This document shows, piece by piece, positions 1 through 11,794 of a DNA stretch of 64,000 nt. Every line of letters starts with the position of its first letter. The first letter of the stretch is position 1. A model generated the notes under the pieces. The model made no database searches and had not been told where the DNA came from. It was given only the letters and a program-made list of their open reading frames with translations. The DNA is taken from NCBI GenBank assembly GCA_963845565.1, contig CAWJSJ010000002.1, positions 1,440,001-1,504,000 on the forward strand, in the 5' to 3' direction. Both the position numbers and the translations under genes were made by a program. Source of the DNA: an uncultured Methylomirabilota bacterium (lineage in GTDB: Bacteria > Methylomirabilota > Methylomirabilia > Methylomirabilales > 2-02-FULL-66-22).

Positions 1-81
1 CCAGAAAACTAACAAATCTCGGTGTGAAGTGTCAAGGGAAAATGCCCGCTCAGAGAGCCAAAGGGCCGCATTGATCGGGGG

Positions 82-831
82 TTAGAGACGACCCAGGAAG
101 TCCGCCGACCGCAGGGGGCGGCCTAACACCTGACGAAGAAAGGCCTGGATGGTCTCCGTGACCTCCCGCAGGGTGGCAGGCGGCAGCGCGATCCGGTCCA
201 TCAGGCGGAACGTGGATCCGCCCGCTCCGCGCAGGAATCCCAGGGATTCCCCCGACGCCGCGAAGGCGTCGGCGGCGCCGGAGCGGCAGGAGGCGCAGAC
301 AGCGCCCCCGCTGGCGGGGCTGAGATACGTTTGGGGGCGCGCGGGGAGCGGAATCCGGCAGCGGACGCACTCGGAGAGTTCCGGGCGGTACCCGAGCAGG
401 CGGAGCAGGTGGAGCAGAAACCCCTGGAGGACCACGGCGGGCCGGTCGGCCGCCTCAAGGTGGTCCAGGGCCTCCGCCAGCAGTTGATAGAGGTCGGGGA
501 AGGGGTCGCTGTCCTCGACCCCCAGGGCCACCGCCTCGACCGCCACCGAGGCCAGCGCGATCCGGTCGAGATCCTCGCGCAGGAGGTGATGAGGTCGAAC
601 GCCGGAAAACTCGTTCACCTTGTGCAGGGTCTTGTTGGGACGCTCGAAGTAGACGAGCCGCCCCTGGCAGAAAAGCTGAACGTGGCCGCCGAACCTGCTC
701 CGGATGCGTCGGACCCCTTCCGCGACGGCGCGGACTTTTCCGGACGTCTTGGTGTAGAAGACCACGATCCGATCGGCCTCTGCTAGGTCGTGACCCCCGA
801 TGATGATGGCTTCCGTGGTGTGTAGGGGCAT
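82..831 (-). CDS. recO: DNA repair protein RecO
   Basis: N-terminal OB-fold signature (EADRIVVFYT..GKVRAVAEGVRR), CxxC...CxxC zinc finger, downstream of era. Confidence 0.95.
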   Translation of the reverse strand: MPLHTTEAIIIGGHDLAEADRIVVFYTKTSGKVRAVAEGVRRIRSRFGGHVQLFCQGRLVYFERPNKTLHKVNEFSGVRPHHLLREDLDRIALASVAVEAVALGVEDSDPFPDLYQLLAEALDHLEAADRPAVVLQGFLLHLLRLLGYRPELSECVRCRIPLPARPQTYLSPASGGAVCASCRSGAADAFAASGESLGFLRGAGGSTFRLMDRIALPPATLREVTETIQAFLRQVLGRPLRSADFLGRL

Positions 832-836
832 GTTCC

Positions 837-898
837 AATGCGGAATGCGGAATGGGGAATGCGAGATTCATTCCGAATTCCGCACCCCGAATTCCACA
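837..898. repeat. 7-bp tandem repeat with inverted arm (GAATGCG x~4 / ATTCCGC x~4)
   Basis: caatgcg gaatgcg gaatggg gaatgcg followed by attccga attccgc accccga attccac, between era and recO. Confidence 0.8.
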
Positions 899-906
899 AT
901 CGGTCG

Positions 907-1827
907 TCAGGGTTCAAGGTAGCCCAGGCGGCGCAGCGCACTCGGGTCCTTCCGCCAGGCCTCGTCCACTTTCACGTGGAGCTTCAGGAAGACCTGTGTG
1001 CCCAGCAGTTCCTCGATGGCGGGGCGGGCCGCCACGCCAATGCGCTTCAGCATCGTCCCGCCGGTGCCGATGATAATGGCCTTCTGAGAATCCTTTTCGA
1101 CGTAGATGGTGGCCTCGACATCGGTGAGATCCCTTCCTTCCCGCGCCCGCACGGCCTCAACCTCCACCGCAACGGCGTAGGGGAGTTCCTGCCGCAGCAG
1201 GCGGAAGACCTGGCCGCGCACCGTCTCGGCGATGAAGAACCGTTCCGGGCGGTCGCTGAGATCCTCGTCGGGGTAGAAAGGCCGTCCGAAGGGCAAGAAG
1301 GACGGCAGGAGTTGCTCCAGCCGGCCCACGTTGTCACCCTTGAGTGCGGAGATGGGGACGATCTCGGCGAAGCCGTATACCGACTGCCAGCGGGCGATGA
1401 GCGGCAAGAGCAGCGGCTTGGAGATGCGATCCACCTTGTTCGGGACCAACAGGACGGGCGTGTTCGGTTTCTGCTGCCGGATGGTTTCCAGGATGAGCGC
1501 ATCGTCCGGGTGTTCGGCCTCCGTCGCGTCGATCACCCACACGATGACGTCCGCGTCCGCCAGGGCTCGCTCGGCGGCGCGGAACAGGTTCTGGTTGAAC
1601 AAGGCGTTGGACTGGTGGATCCCAGGGGTGTCGAGGAAGAGTATCTGTGCCCCGGGAAGGTTCTTGATGCCGAGGATCCGGTGCCAGGTGGTCTGCGGAC
1701 GCGGGGAGACGATGCAAAGGTCCTGCCCCACGAGGCGGTTGATGAGGGTCGACTTCCCTACATTGGGCCGCCCAACGATGGCCACGTAGCCGGAGCGGAA
1801 CGGCGTCTCACTGTTGGTCGTTGGCAA
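907..1827 (-). CDS. era: GTPase Era
   Basis: GRPNVGKST, DTPG, NKVD motifs, C-terminal KH domain; exact start uncertain. Confidence 0.97.
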   Translation of the reverse strand: MPTTNSETPFRSGYVAIVGRPNVGKSTLINRLVGQDLCIVSPRPQTTWHRILGIKNLPGAQILFLDTPGIHQSNALFNQNLFRAAERALADADVIVWVIDATEAEHPDDALILETIRQQKPNTPVLLVPNKVDRISKPLLLPLIARWQSVYGFAEIVPISALKGDNVGRLEQLLPSFLPFGRPFYPDEDLSDRPERFFIAETVRGQVFRLLRQELPYAVAVEVEAVRAREGRDLTDVEATIYVEKDSQKAIIIGTGGTMLKRIGVAARPAIEELLGTQVFLKLHVKVDEAWRKDPSALRRLGYLEP

Positions 1828-1973
1828 TTGGTCAACTCGTCAATTCGTCATTCGGTCAATGGGTCGAGTGGCCAGGTCGTCAAGTAGTCGAAAGATCATG
1901 AGTTGTGAGAGTCGATGGTGCTCGGTAACACAATCCACCAATCGACTAATCAACCGATCGACTGCTCGACTAC
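1821..1973. repeat. 8-bp tandem repeat with inverted arm (NNGGTCAA-like x~8 / TCGACYAA-like x~5)
   Basis: ttggtcaa ctcgtcaa ttcgtca ttcggtcaa tgggtcga... then tccaccaa tcgactaa tcaaccga tcgactgc tcgactac. Confidence 0.8.
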
Positions 1974-2866
1974 TCCGGCGCGATCCGGAGGAGCTCCTCC
2001 GGATCGATGCGCGCGCCGAACAGCCGGGCACCCCAGTGGAGATGGGGCCCGGTGGCGCGCCCGGTGCTGCCCACGCGGCCGAGCATCTCTCCGGTACCCA
2101 CGCGCTGGCCCGGACGCACCACGCTCTCCTGCAGGTGAAAGTACATGGTGTACAGCCCCTCGCCGTGATCCAGGACCAGCGAATTCCCCGCGAAGAAATG
2201 CTCCTCCGCCAGAACCACCATGCCAGCGTTGACCGCCAGCACCGGAGCCCCCGCGGGGGCGGAGAAGTCCGCGCCGGTGTGCGGCGCGCGCGGCTCGCCA
2301 TTGATGATGCGCTTCAGGCCGAAGCCGGCGGCGCGTGGCGATCCGTCCAGGGGCAACCGGAACGGGCCGCGCCAGAGACGCGGCGCCGTCGCCGTCTCCC
2401 ACAGCCTATCCAGCGTCGCTTTCTCCTTGGCCACGCGCTCCAGCGTGGCCGCGTCCAGTTCCGTGAACGATCGGGGAACGGTCAGACGCTGAACCGGGTA
2501 CCCACCGCCGACCACGAGCAGACGAACCCTGGCGGTCGCCGGTCGGCCGGCGACGCCGACTCCCTCGGCGACGATCTCCCTCGGTCCCGGCGCCTCCTCC
2601 AGATCCACTCCGATCCAGAGGACTCGGGGTGCGTCCACCGCGGTCGGGACGGACACCATCTCGCGATCCCCCACGCGGACTCGCACCGGCTCCCCCGGCG
2701 CCGTTCCACGGATGCGCAGGACCGCGACCCCGCCTTGCTTCAGCTGACTCGGCGCGAGCTGCAGACCGAACGACGCGTCCCCGGCGCCGGCGGGGTGCGG
2801 GAGAAGGAGCCGGACAACCGCGGCGATCGCGGCGAACTGCCAACCGGAGGAGCGCATCCCGTTCAT
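1970..2866 (-). CDS. M23 family metallopeptidase
   Basis: HTGAD and GPHLHW zinc motifs, signal-like N-terminus; ATGA overlap with ybeY stop. Confidence 0.92.
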   Translation of the reverse strand: MNGMRSSGWQFAAIAAVVRLLLPHPAGAGDASFGLQLAPSQLKQGGVAVLRIRGTAPGEPVRVRVGDREMVSVPTAVDAPRVLWIGVDLEEAPGPREIVAEGVGVAGRPATARVRLLVVGGGYPVQRLTVPRSFTELDAATLERVAKEKATLDRLWETATAPRLWRGPFRLPLDGSPRAAGFGLKRIINGEPRAPHTGADFSAPAGAPVLAVNAGMVVLAEEHFFAGNSLVLDHGEGLYTMYFHLQESVVRPGQRVGTGEMLGRVGSTGRATGPHLHWGARLFGARIDPEELLRIAPE

Positions 2867-3330
2867 GCGTCGGCCGGTCGGCTTGCCCAACCGCCGGGCA
2901 CCGGGATCCCGCATGTCGCTAGGATGGCCTCCTGTTGCTGCCACATTCGCCGGCGCTCGCGAGCCGTCCCGTGGTCGTACCCGACGAGGTGGAGGATCCC
3001 GTGGACGAGGAGCAGGGCGAGCTCCGTCCGGACATCACCCCAGCGCGCTTGTCGAGCGGCGGTTTCCGCCGAGATGACGACGTCGCCCAAACAGTCCGGG
3101 GTGAGCTCGGCGAAAGCGCCCTCGGTCATGGGAAACGCCAGGACGTCGGTGGGTCCGGCGACCCTGCGATAGGCACGGTTCAAGGTTGCGATCGCGGCGT
3201 CATCCACCACCACCACGCTACAATCCGCCGTCGGGCGCCCCAGCGCGTCCAGAGTCTTTTGCGCCACCCTTCTTAGCCGGGCCGTTTCGACGGGAACCTT
3301 CTGTTGCCGGTTTCTGAGACTGATCGCCAT
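2863..3330 (-). CDS. ybeY: rRNA maturation endoribonuclease YbeY
   Basis: TDVLAF and HGILHLVGYDH motifs. Confidence 0.96.
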   Translation of the reverse strand: MAISLRNRQQKVPVETARLRRVAQKTLDALGRPTADCSVVVVDDAAIATLNRAYRRVAGPTDVLAFPMTEGAFAELTPDCLGDVVISAETAARQARWGDVRTELALLLVHGILHLVGYDHGTARERRRMWQQQEAILATCGIPVPGGWASRPADA

Positions 3331-4876
3331 TTTCGCTTCGCTTCTTGGCGGCTTCCTCCGGACCCCCGTCCGGATATTCGATCCGGTGATGGAAAAAGCC
3401 GGTCAGGATCCGGACGAAACTGTTGGCGATGAGATGCAGGTCGCGGAGCGTGAGATCGCATTCGTCCAGTTGCGCGTCCACGAAGATCGCGTTGATGATC
3501 TTCTGCACCGCCCCCCGGAGGCGAGCCGGCGTCGGGTCCGCGAGCGTGTGCGTGGCGGCCTGCACCGCGTCCGCCAGCATCAGGATGGCGGCCTCCCGGG
3601 TCTGAGGTTTCGGTCCCAAATATCGATAATCTTCCTCGTTTATCGCTTGGAGTCCCGGGTCCGCGGCCTCCTTGGCGCGCTGATAGAAGAAGCTCACCAG
3701 GCGCGTGCCGTGGTGCTGAGGGATCATATCCACCAGGACGTCGGGCAGACCGTACTCCCGCGCCATCTCGATCCCCTCTTTGACATGGGACATCACGATG
3801 GCGCGACTCAGGCTGGGGGCCAGCTTCTGGTGCCGGTCGCTGGCGTCCGGGGAGTTTTCGATGAAATAGGTCGGGTGCCGGGTCTTCCCGATGTCATGGT
3901 AATAGGCCCCCACGCGGCAGAGGAGGGCGTTGGCCCCGACCGCCTCGGCGGCAGCCTCGGCGAGGGTGCCGACCATGGTGCTGTGGTGGTATGTTCCGGG
4001 GGCAGTCAGGATCAGATGCTTGAGCATTGGGGCGTTGACGTTCGACAACTCCAGCAGGGTGAAGGCCGTCGTCCGGCCGAAGGGCTGCTCCAGGAGCGGC
4101 AGCAGCCCGGTGGCAACCACGGCGACGATCAGGCCGTTCGCGAAACCCCCGACGATGTCGGCGACGAGCGTCCCCGTGGCGCCCTCCACCAGGGCAAAGG
4201 CAACCAAGGTATAGGCGTTGGCGAGCCCGATCGCTCCTCCGGCGCGGAAGAAGGCAGTGCGTTCGTGCCGGTGCACCAGGACGAAGATCCCGACGAGACT
4301 GCCGACGAACGCCAGCATGAAATATTGGAGCGGCGCGCCCAGCATCAGGCCGGCCAGGATGGTGAGGCTCAGCGATCCGGCGAACGCCAGGCGGGCGTTG
4401 AACAGCACGGTGAGGAGGACGCCGCCCAGGGGCACGGGGAGGGCCGCCCGCAGCGCGGAGAAGGGAAGGTGCGGGAACGTCTGGCTCAACGAGGCGGCCA
4501 TCACCAGGCCGAGACGGACGAGAACCAAGACCACCAACAGGATCGTCCCCAGGAGGAGCAGGCTGCGGGAGCGGGCGACCTCCTTGGGCTGCAAGCCGCG
4601 TACATACGCGTAGAGCGCCGCCAGGAGGAACGCCACCAGGAGGAAGATCCCCACGACCGACCAGATCCCCAACGGCAGGGTAAGATTGGAGGTCAGGATT
4701 TCGACCGTGACCAACAGGAATAGTACCGTGGCCGCCGGGAGGAACCAGCGCTGCTGTTCCAGGCGGAAAACGGCACGGCGCAACGGCGCCAGGAGTCGCG
4801 AACCCTTGGGGGCAGGCGGCACCGCACGGTCGGGGAATTCAGGCCGGAGGATCTTGTCGGAGAAACGAATGTCCAC
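3218..4876 (-). CDS. 7TM-HD (HDIG) membrane phosphohydrolase, PgpH-like
   Basis: Multiple TM helices, APGTYHHS, YYHDIGK, QHHGT, MLAD motifs; phoH-HD-ybeY synteny; GTG start inferred. Confidence 0.9.
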   Translation of the reverse strand: MDIRFSDKILRPEFPDRAVPPAPKGSRLLAPLRRAVFRLEQQRWFLPAATVLFLLVTVEILTSNLTLPLGIWSVVGIFLLVAFLLAALYAYVRGLQPKEVARSRSLLLLGTILLVVLVLVRLGLVMAASLSQTFPHLPFSALRAALPVPLGGVLLTVLFNARLAFAGSLSLTILAGLMLGAPLQYFMLAFVGSLVGIFVLVHRHERTAFFRAGGAIGLANAYTLVAFALVEGATGTLVADIVGGFANGLIVAVVATGLLPLLEQPFGRTTAFTLLELSNVNAPMLKHLILTAPGTYHHSTMVGTLAEAAAEAVGANALLCRVGAYYHDIGKTRHPTYFIENSPDASDRHQKLAPSLSRAIVMSHVKEGIEMAREYGLPDVLVDMIPQHHGTRLVSFFYQRAKEAADPGLQAINEEDYRYLGPKPQTREAAILMLADAVQAATHTLADPTPARLRGAVQKIINAIFVDAQLDECDLTLRDLHLIANSFVRILTGFFHHRIEYPDGGPEEAAKKRSENGDQSQKPATEGSRRNGPAKKGGAKDSGRAGAPDGGL

Positions 4877-4880
4877 GCGG

Positions 4881-5870
4881 CTACGCCCCTGGCTCTGCGG
4901 GGGGCCCCTGATAGGCCTCGTACGCCCGGACGATGCGCTGCACCAGTTCGTGGCGGACGACGTCCTCTTCGCTGAAATGGATGAGACGAATCCCCGGGAC
5001 ATCCTTGAGCACGGCGCGGACCTCGATGAGGCCGGACACCCGGCCGGCGGGCAGGTCCACCTGCGTAATATCGCCGGTGATGACCGCCCGGGAGCCGAAC
5101 CCCAGTCGGGTGAGAAACATCTTCATCTGCTCCGACGTGGTGTTCTGGGCCTCGTCCAGGATGATAAACGACTCGTTCAGCGTTCGGCCCCGCATGAACG
5201 CCAGCGGGGCGATCTCGATGGTTCCTTGCTCCATCAGGCGCGCCGCGCGCTCGGCCTCCAACATGTCGTAGAGGGCGTCATACAGCGGTCGGAGGTAGGG
5301 GTTGATCTTCTCGGCCAGCGTACCCGGAAGATATCCCAGTTTTTCCCCGGCCTCGACCGCCGGCCGAGCCAGGATGATCCGGGATACCTGCTTGTGCAGC
5401 AGCGCGGAGACGGCCATGGCCATGGCGAGGTAGGTCTTGCCGGTCCCCGCCGGTCCGATGCCGAAGACAATATCGTTCTTCCGAATCGCCTGGACGTATC
5501 GGACCTGTCCGGGGCTCTTGGGGCGGACGGGCCGCTTTTTGGGAGAGACCTCGATGGTTTCGGCCTGGACCTCGCGGAAGGTATCCGCTGTCTTCTCGCT
5601 GAAATGGCGGACGGCCAGCCGGACCTCCTGGCTGCCGACCGGGCGGCCCTGGCGAACCAGTCCCACCAGTTCATTCACGACCTGCTGGGCGAGAGCCACG
5701 TTCTCGTCGTTTCCCGAGATCGTCAGCATCCCGTCCCGCACGACGAATCGAACGCGCAGGGCGTCCTCGAGAAGCCGGGCATGCTCGTCGCCCCGGCCGA
5801 AAAGTCCCTGCATCTCCGGCCCGGCGGCTAGGGCCAAGCGCTTCGCCTCGATCTGCTGTGTGTCTGCCAT
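4881..5870 (-). CDS. phoH: PhoH family ATPase (YbeZ)
   Basis: GPAGTGKT, RPAVEAGE, MRGRTL, DEAQN motifs. Confidence 0.96.
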   Translation of the reverse strand: MADTQQIEAKRLALAAGPEMQGLFGRGDEHARLLEDALRVRFVVRDGMLTISGNDENVALAQQVVNELVGLVRQGRPVGSQEVRLAVRHFSEKTADTFREVQAETIEVSPKKRPVRPKSPGQVRYVQAIRKNDIVFGIGPAGTGKTYLAMAMAVSALLHKQVSRIILARPAVEAGEKLGYLPGTLAEKINPYLRPLYDALYDMLEAERAARLMEQGTIEIAPLAFMRGRTLNESFIILDEAQNTTSEQMKMFLTRLGFGSRAVITGDITQVDLPAGRVSGLIEVRAVLKDVPGIRLIHFSEEDVVRHELVQRIVRAYEAYQGPPAEPGA

Positions 5871-6055
5871 GTACGAGCGGAGATCCCCTCCCGTGCGTGC
5901 GGATGCCGACCGCAACGGTAGGATAGGGCGGCCCCCCAGGGCTGTCAAATGGAATTGGACGGAGGGTCCGGAGGGCGGAGCGGGAGGGCGAGAGCGCCAC
6001 CCTTCCGTAACTCCAAACAAATGGGGTGCGGCGGCCAGGCCGCGGCGGTGAAACC

Positions 6056-6084
6056 TTGACACGGCCGCCCGCTATTGTTAGCAT
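6056..6084 (+). promoter_or_regulatory. sigma70-type promoter for the pyrophosphatase gene
   Basis: TTGACA-17bp-TAGCAT with TG extension. Confidence 0.6.
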
Positions 6085-6253
6085 CCGCCCTCGCCCGGGG
6101 CCGAGGCCGCACCTGGCGTCCCCCCTTTCGGCAAACCGAACGGTCAGCCGATCGAGTCCCACGGCTCCCTTGGTTGTCTGGTGTCGCATACGCTCTAAGT
6201 CAGAGGCCACGTCGGCTCTTTTTCCGTAACTCTTGCGTCAAGGAGAGGGTCTC

Positions 6254-8713
<2,460 letters not shown>

Positions 8714-8747
8714 GCGCCAAGACGACCCGGCACGATCCGCAACACTC

Positions 8748-8787
8748 ACTCCCACCGGAGGGCGACCTCCGGTGGGAGTTTTCATTT
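8748..8787 (+). terminator. Rho-independent terminator
   Basis: 14-bp stem actcccaccggagg, GCGA loop, cctccggtgggagt, then T-rich tail. Confidence 0.85.
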
Positions 8788-8843
8788 GACCGGCCTGCGG
8801 TTCACCGCCTACGATTCGCGCGACGGAAGGGGGCGAGCCGGGG

Positions 8844-9794
8844 ATGGCCTTCAAGGGTTGGAGCAAGGTCTCGATCCGAACGGAGAATGGCCGCAGCGTC
8901 GAGGCCGTCGCGCCGGTGATCGTGTCGGCCAGTCGGCGGACCGACATCCCCGCTTTTCACGTGGAATGGTTCGTCCGGCGCCTGCAGGCTGGGTATACGA
9001 AGTGGACGAACCCGTTCAACGGAACACCGCAGTTCATTTCTTTTGCCAGGACCCGCGCGATCGTGTTCTGGAGCAAGGACCCGCGGCCGTTGCTGCCGCA
9101 CCTGGCCGAGCTGGATCGGCGCGGGATCGGCTACTACTTCCAGTTCACGCTCAACGACTTTGAGGTTGAGGGGTTGGAGCCAGGTGTGCCGCCGGTGGCG
9201 GAGCGAATCGCCACTTTCCGGGAGCTGTCGCAGGCCATCGGCAAGGAAAGAGTCGTGTGGCGGTATGATCCGCTACTTCTGGCGGATGGGCTGGATGTGG
9301 ACCGATTGGTCGAGCGCGTGGTGCGGGTCGGGGAGTGCGTCCAATCGTTCTCCGAGAAACTCGTCATCGCCTTCGCGGATATCGAGCGGTACGCCAAGGT
9401 TCGCACCCGGCTGCGGCGATCGGGAAAGGGCTGTCGGGAGCTGACGTGGGGCGAGATGCGCGAACTCGCCGAGAAGCTGGTCGTTGCGGCACGGCCATGG
9501 GGACTCGCCATCGCGACCTGCGCGGAAGCGATCGACCTGACGGACCTTGGAATAGGCCGGAGCAAGTGCATCGACGACAAGCTGCTGGCGCGCGTTTTCG
9601 GTCACGACGCAGAGTTGATGCGTTTTCTGGGGCCGGATGACGTGCGGGATGGTCTCAAAGACAAAGGCCAGCGGAAGGAGTGTGGCTGCATCGTCAGCAA
9701 AGACATCGGGAGTTACGATACCTGCTCCCACGGCTGCCGTTACTGCTATGCCATTTCGTCGGATCGGGCGATCGCGAGCAGCCGCGCCCGCTAA
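8844..9794 (+). CDS. DUF1848 family protein
   Basis: IVSASRRTDIPAF, VFWSK, WRYDP and C-terminal DIGSYDTCxxxCxYCYA. Confidence 0.9.
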   Translation: MAFKGWSKVSIRTENGRSVEAVAPVIVSASRRTDIPAFHVEWFVRRLQAGYTKWTNPFNGTPQFISFARTRAIVFWSKDPRPLLPHLAELDRRGIGYYFQFTLNDFEVEGLEPGVPPVAERIATFRELSQAIGKERVVWRYDPLLLADGLDVDRLVERVVRVGECVQSFSEKLVIAFADIERYAKVRTRLRRSGKGCRELTWGEMRELAEKLVVAARPWGLAIATCAEAIDLTDLGIGRSKCIDDKLLARVFGHDAELMRFLGPDDVRDGLKDKGQRKECGCIVSKDIGSYDTCSHGCRYCYAISSDRAIASSRAR

Positions 9795-9866
9795 CGTCGG
9801 TTTCCCCTCTTTCCCCCCGTTGCGGACCCGTGATCCCTCCTGTGTTCTGAAGAGGGTCGAGGTTAT

Positions 9867-9959
9867 CTCCAGGACGCGGGCCAGCGGAAAGCGTGCGGCA
9901 GCATCGTCGGCAAGGATACCGGCGGGTACGACCTCTGCCCGCATCCCTGCCGCTTCGGC
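9867..9959 (+). pseudogene. Remnant duplicate of the DUF1848 3' end
   Basis: Translates LQDAGQRKACGSIVGKDTGGYDLCPHPCRFG, 19/31 identical to residues encoded at 9654-9746. Confidence 0.8.
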
Positions 9960-9985
9960 GCCGCCACCTCTCGGTCGCGGTGAAT

Positions 9986-10819
9986 TCAGGCCTTGACGGC
10001 GCCCGAGGTCAGGCCGGCGATCAGGTATTTCTGGGCGACAAAGACGAAGATGATGCCGGGAAGCGCGGCCACCAGGGCGCCGGCGCACATCTGGTTCCAG
10101 TGGACGAAGACGTCGCCGATGGCGTCGAAGGAACCCACCGTGACGGGCTGCGCCTTCGGGGTGGAGGTGAACACGAAGGCGTAGATGAACTCGTTCCAGG
10201 TCCACAGGAAGGTGATGATCCCGGCCGAGGCGATCCCCGGCGCGCCCACGGGCAGGACGATCCGGAACAGGGCACCCGTCCGGCTGCAGCCGTCCACGAT
10301 CGCCGACTCGATGATCTCCCGGGGGAAGTTGTCGAAGAACGCCTTCATAATCAGGACGGCGAACGGATAGGTGAGGTAGATGTTCGCGATGATCATGCTG
10401 AGGACCGTATCCACCAGGCCAAGGTAGCTGACGACCAGGTAGAACGGCAGCAGGAGCGAGAGCGGGGGGATGATGCGGGTCGCGAGCAGGAAAAGGAGCA
10501 TGAGTTTCCCGCCCCGGAACGGGTAGAGGCTGATGCCGTAGGCCGCCATCATGCTGATGACCGTCACGATGAGGGTCGTCGAGACGGTGACGATCAGCGA
10601 GTTGGCGACGTAGTCCATGAAGGGGTAGGATTCGAACAGGAGCCGAAACGGCTCGAAGGTGGGGTTGGATGGGAAATAGACCGGGGGAAAGACGTAGGTT
10701 TCCGTGTCGGGCTTGAACGCCGTGACCACCGTCCAGTAGATCGGCATCATCATCAGGGAGAGGACGAAGATGGCCACGCTGTACGACAAGGCCTTGCTTT
10801 CGAGGATGCGGTCTCGCAT
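9986..10819 (-). CDS. Carbohydrate ABC transporter permease (MalG-like)
   Basis: ESAIVDG loop, WNEF motif, TM helices. Confidence 0.93.
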   Translation of the reverse strand: MRDRILESKALSYSVAIFVLSLMMMPIYWTVVTAFKPDTETYVFPPVYFPSNPTFEPFRLLFESYPFMDYVANSLIVTVSTTLIVTVISMMAAYGISLYPFRGGKLMLLFLLATRIIPPLSLLLPFYLVVSYLGLVDTVLSMIIANIYLTYPFAVLIMKAFFDNFPREIIESAIVDGCSRTGALFRIVLPVGAPGIASAGIITFLWTWNEFIYAFVFTSTPKAQPVTVGSFDAIGDVFVHWNQMCAGALVAALPGIIFVFVAQKYLIAGLTSGAVKA

Positions 10820-10825
10820 GGCTGC

Positions 10826-11719
10826 CTACTTTTCTCGGAGCAGGTAGACGAATACCACCGTGATGAGTGAGGTGATGAGGAACAGGACGACCCCGGCCGC
10901 GGCGCCGAGGCCGAAGTTGAGCGACTTGGTGATCTGGTCCCAGATGTAATAGCCGAGCACGTAGGTCGCGCGACCCGGCCCGCCCGCGGTCAGCGGGATG
11001 ATCAGGTCGATGGTCCGGAACGAGAAGATCGTGGTGATCATCAGGCCGATCAAGAGCGGTCCCCGGATCATGGGCAGGGTGACGTAGAGAAAGCGCTTCA
11101 CCGTGTCGGCGCCGTCCACGCGGGCGGCCTCGTGGATCTGATCGGGGATGCTGAGGATCGCCGCCAGCAGGATGATCCCCATGAACGGGATGCGGGTCCA
11201 GCTATCCACGATGATCACACCCCACATGGCCAGCGAGGGGTCGCTGTAAATACTGAGCGGCTTGGCGATGAGACGCGCCTTCATCAAGAGGTCACTGAGC
11301 ACCCCGAAATCTGGGCTGAACATCCACTTCCAAATCAGGCCGGAGACCACCGCCGGCACCGCCCACGGGATGATCATCAGGGAGCGGAGGAGTCCCCCGC
11401 CCTTCCTCACATTGCTCAGACACATGGCCAGGACCAGACCGCCCAGCGCGGTCAGCGCGGTGGAGCCGAGGCTGAACACCAGGACACGCTCCACGCTGAC
11501 GGCGAAGACGCGCGAGTTCCAGAGCCGCTGGTAGTTTCCGAAGCCGACGAAGCTCACCGGGTTGACGTTGTCGAAGCGGAGAAAGCTCACCGCAAAGAGG
11601 AGCAGCGCGGGGAACACCACCCACAAGAGGACGATCAAGAGGCCCGGAATGTTGAGGAGAAGGCCGTAGCGCGGATTGGTGAGCCGAAACCGCCCGGCGC
11701 TTCCGGTGCTGGCGTTCAT
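10826..11719 (-). CDS. Carbohydrate ABC transporter permease (MalF-like)
   Basis: EAARVDGA motif, TM helices. Confidence 0.93.
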   Translation of the reverse strand: MNASTGSAGRFRLTNPRYGLLLNIPGLLIVLLWVVFPALLLFAVSFLRFDNVNPVSFVGFGNYQRLWNSRVFAVSVERVLVFSLGSTALTALGGLVLAMCLSNVRKGGGLLRSLMIIPWAVPAVVSGLIWKWMFSPDFGVLSDLLMKARLIAKPLSIYSDPSLAMWGVIIVDSWTRIPFMGIILLAAILSIPDQIHEAARVDGADTVKRFLYVTLPMIRGPLLIGLMITTIFSFRTIDLIIPLTAGGPGRATYVLGYYIWDQITKSLNFGLGAAAGVVLFLITSLITVVFVYLLREK

Positions 11720-11742
11720 GGTTACCCCTGGTTGGGACGAAA

Positions 11743-11778
11743 CGATCCCCCCTCCCGCCGCGGCGGGAGGGGGGATCG
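11743..11778. repeat. Perfect 36-bp palindrome between the SBP and permease genes
   Basis: cgatcccccctcccgccg followed directly by its reverse complement. Confidence 0.9.
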
Positions 11779-11794
11779 GGTTTCCGGTCGGTGG

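Noticed and set aside
6126..6145. c-di-GMP-I riboswitch (GGCAAACC)
   Set aside because: Second stem and GCAAAG motif absent
9654..9959. DGR template/variable repeat pair
   Set aside because: Mismatches are not adenine-specific, many are synonymous, and no reverse transcriptase is in the window
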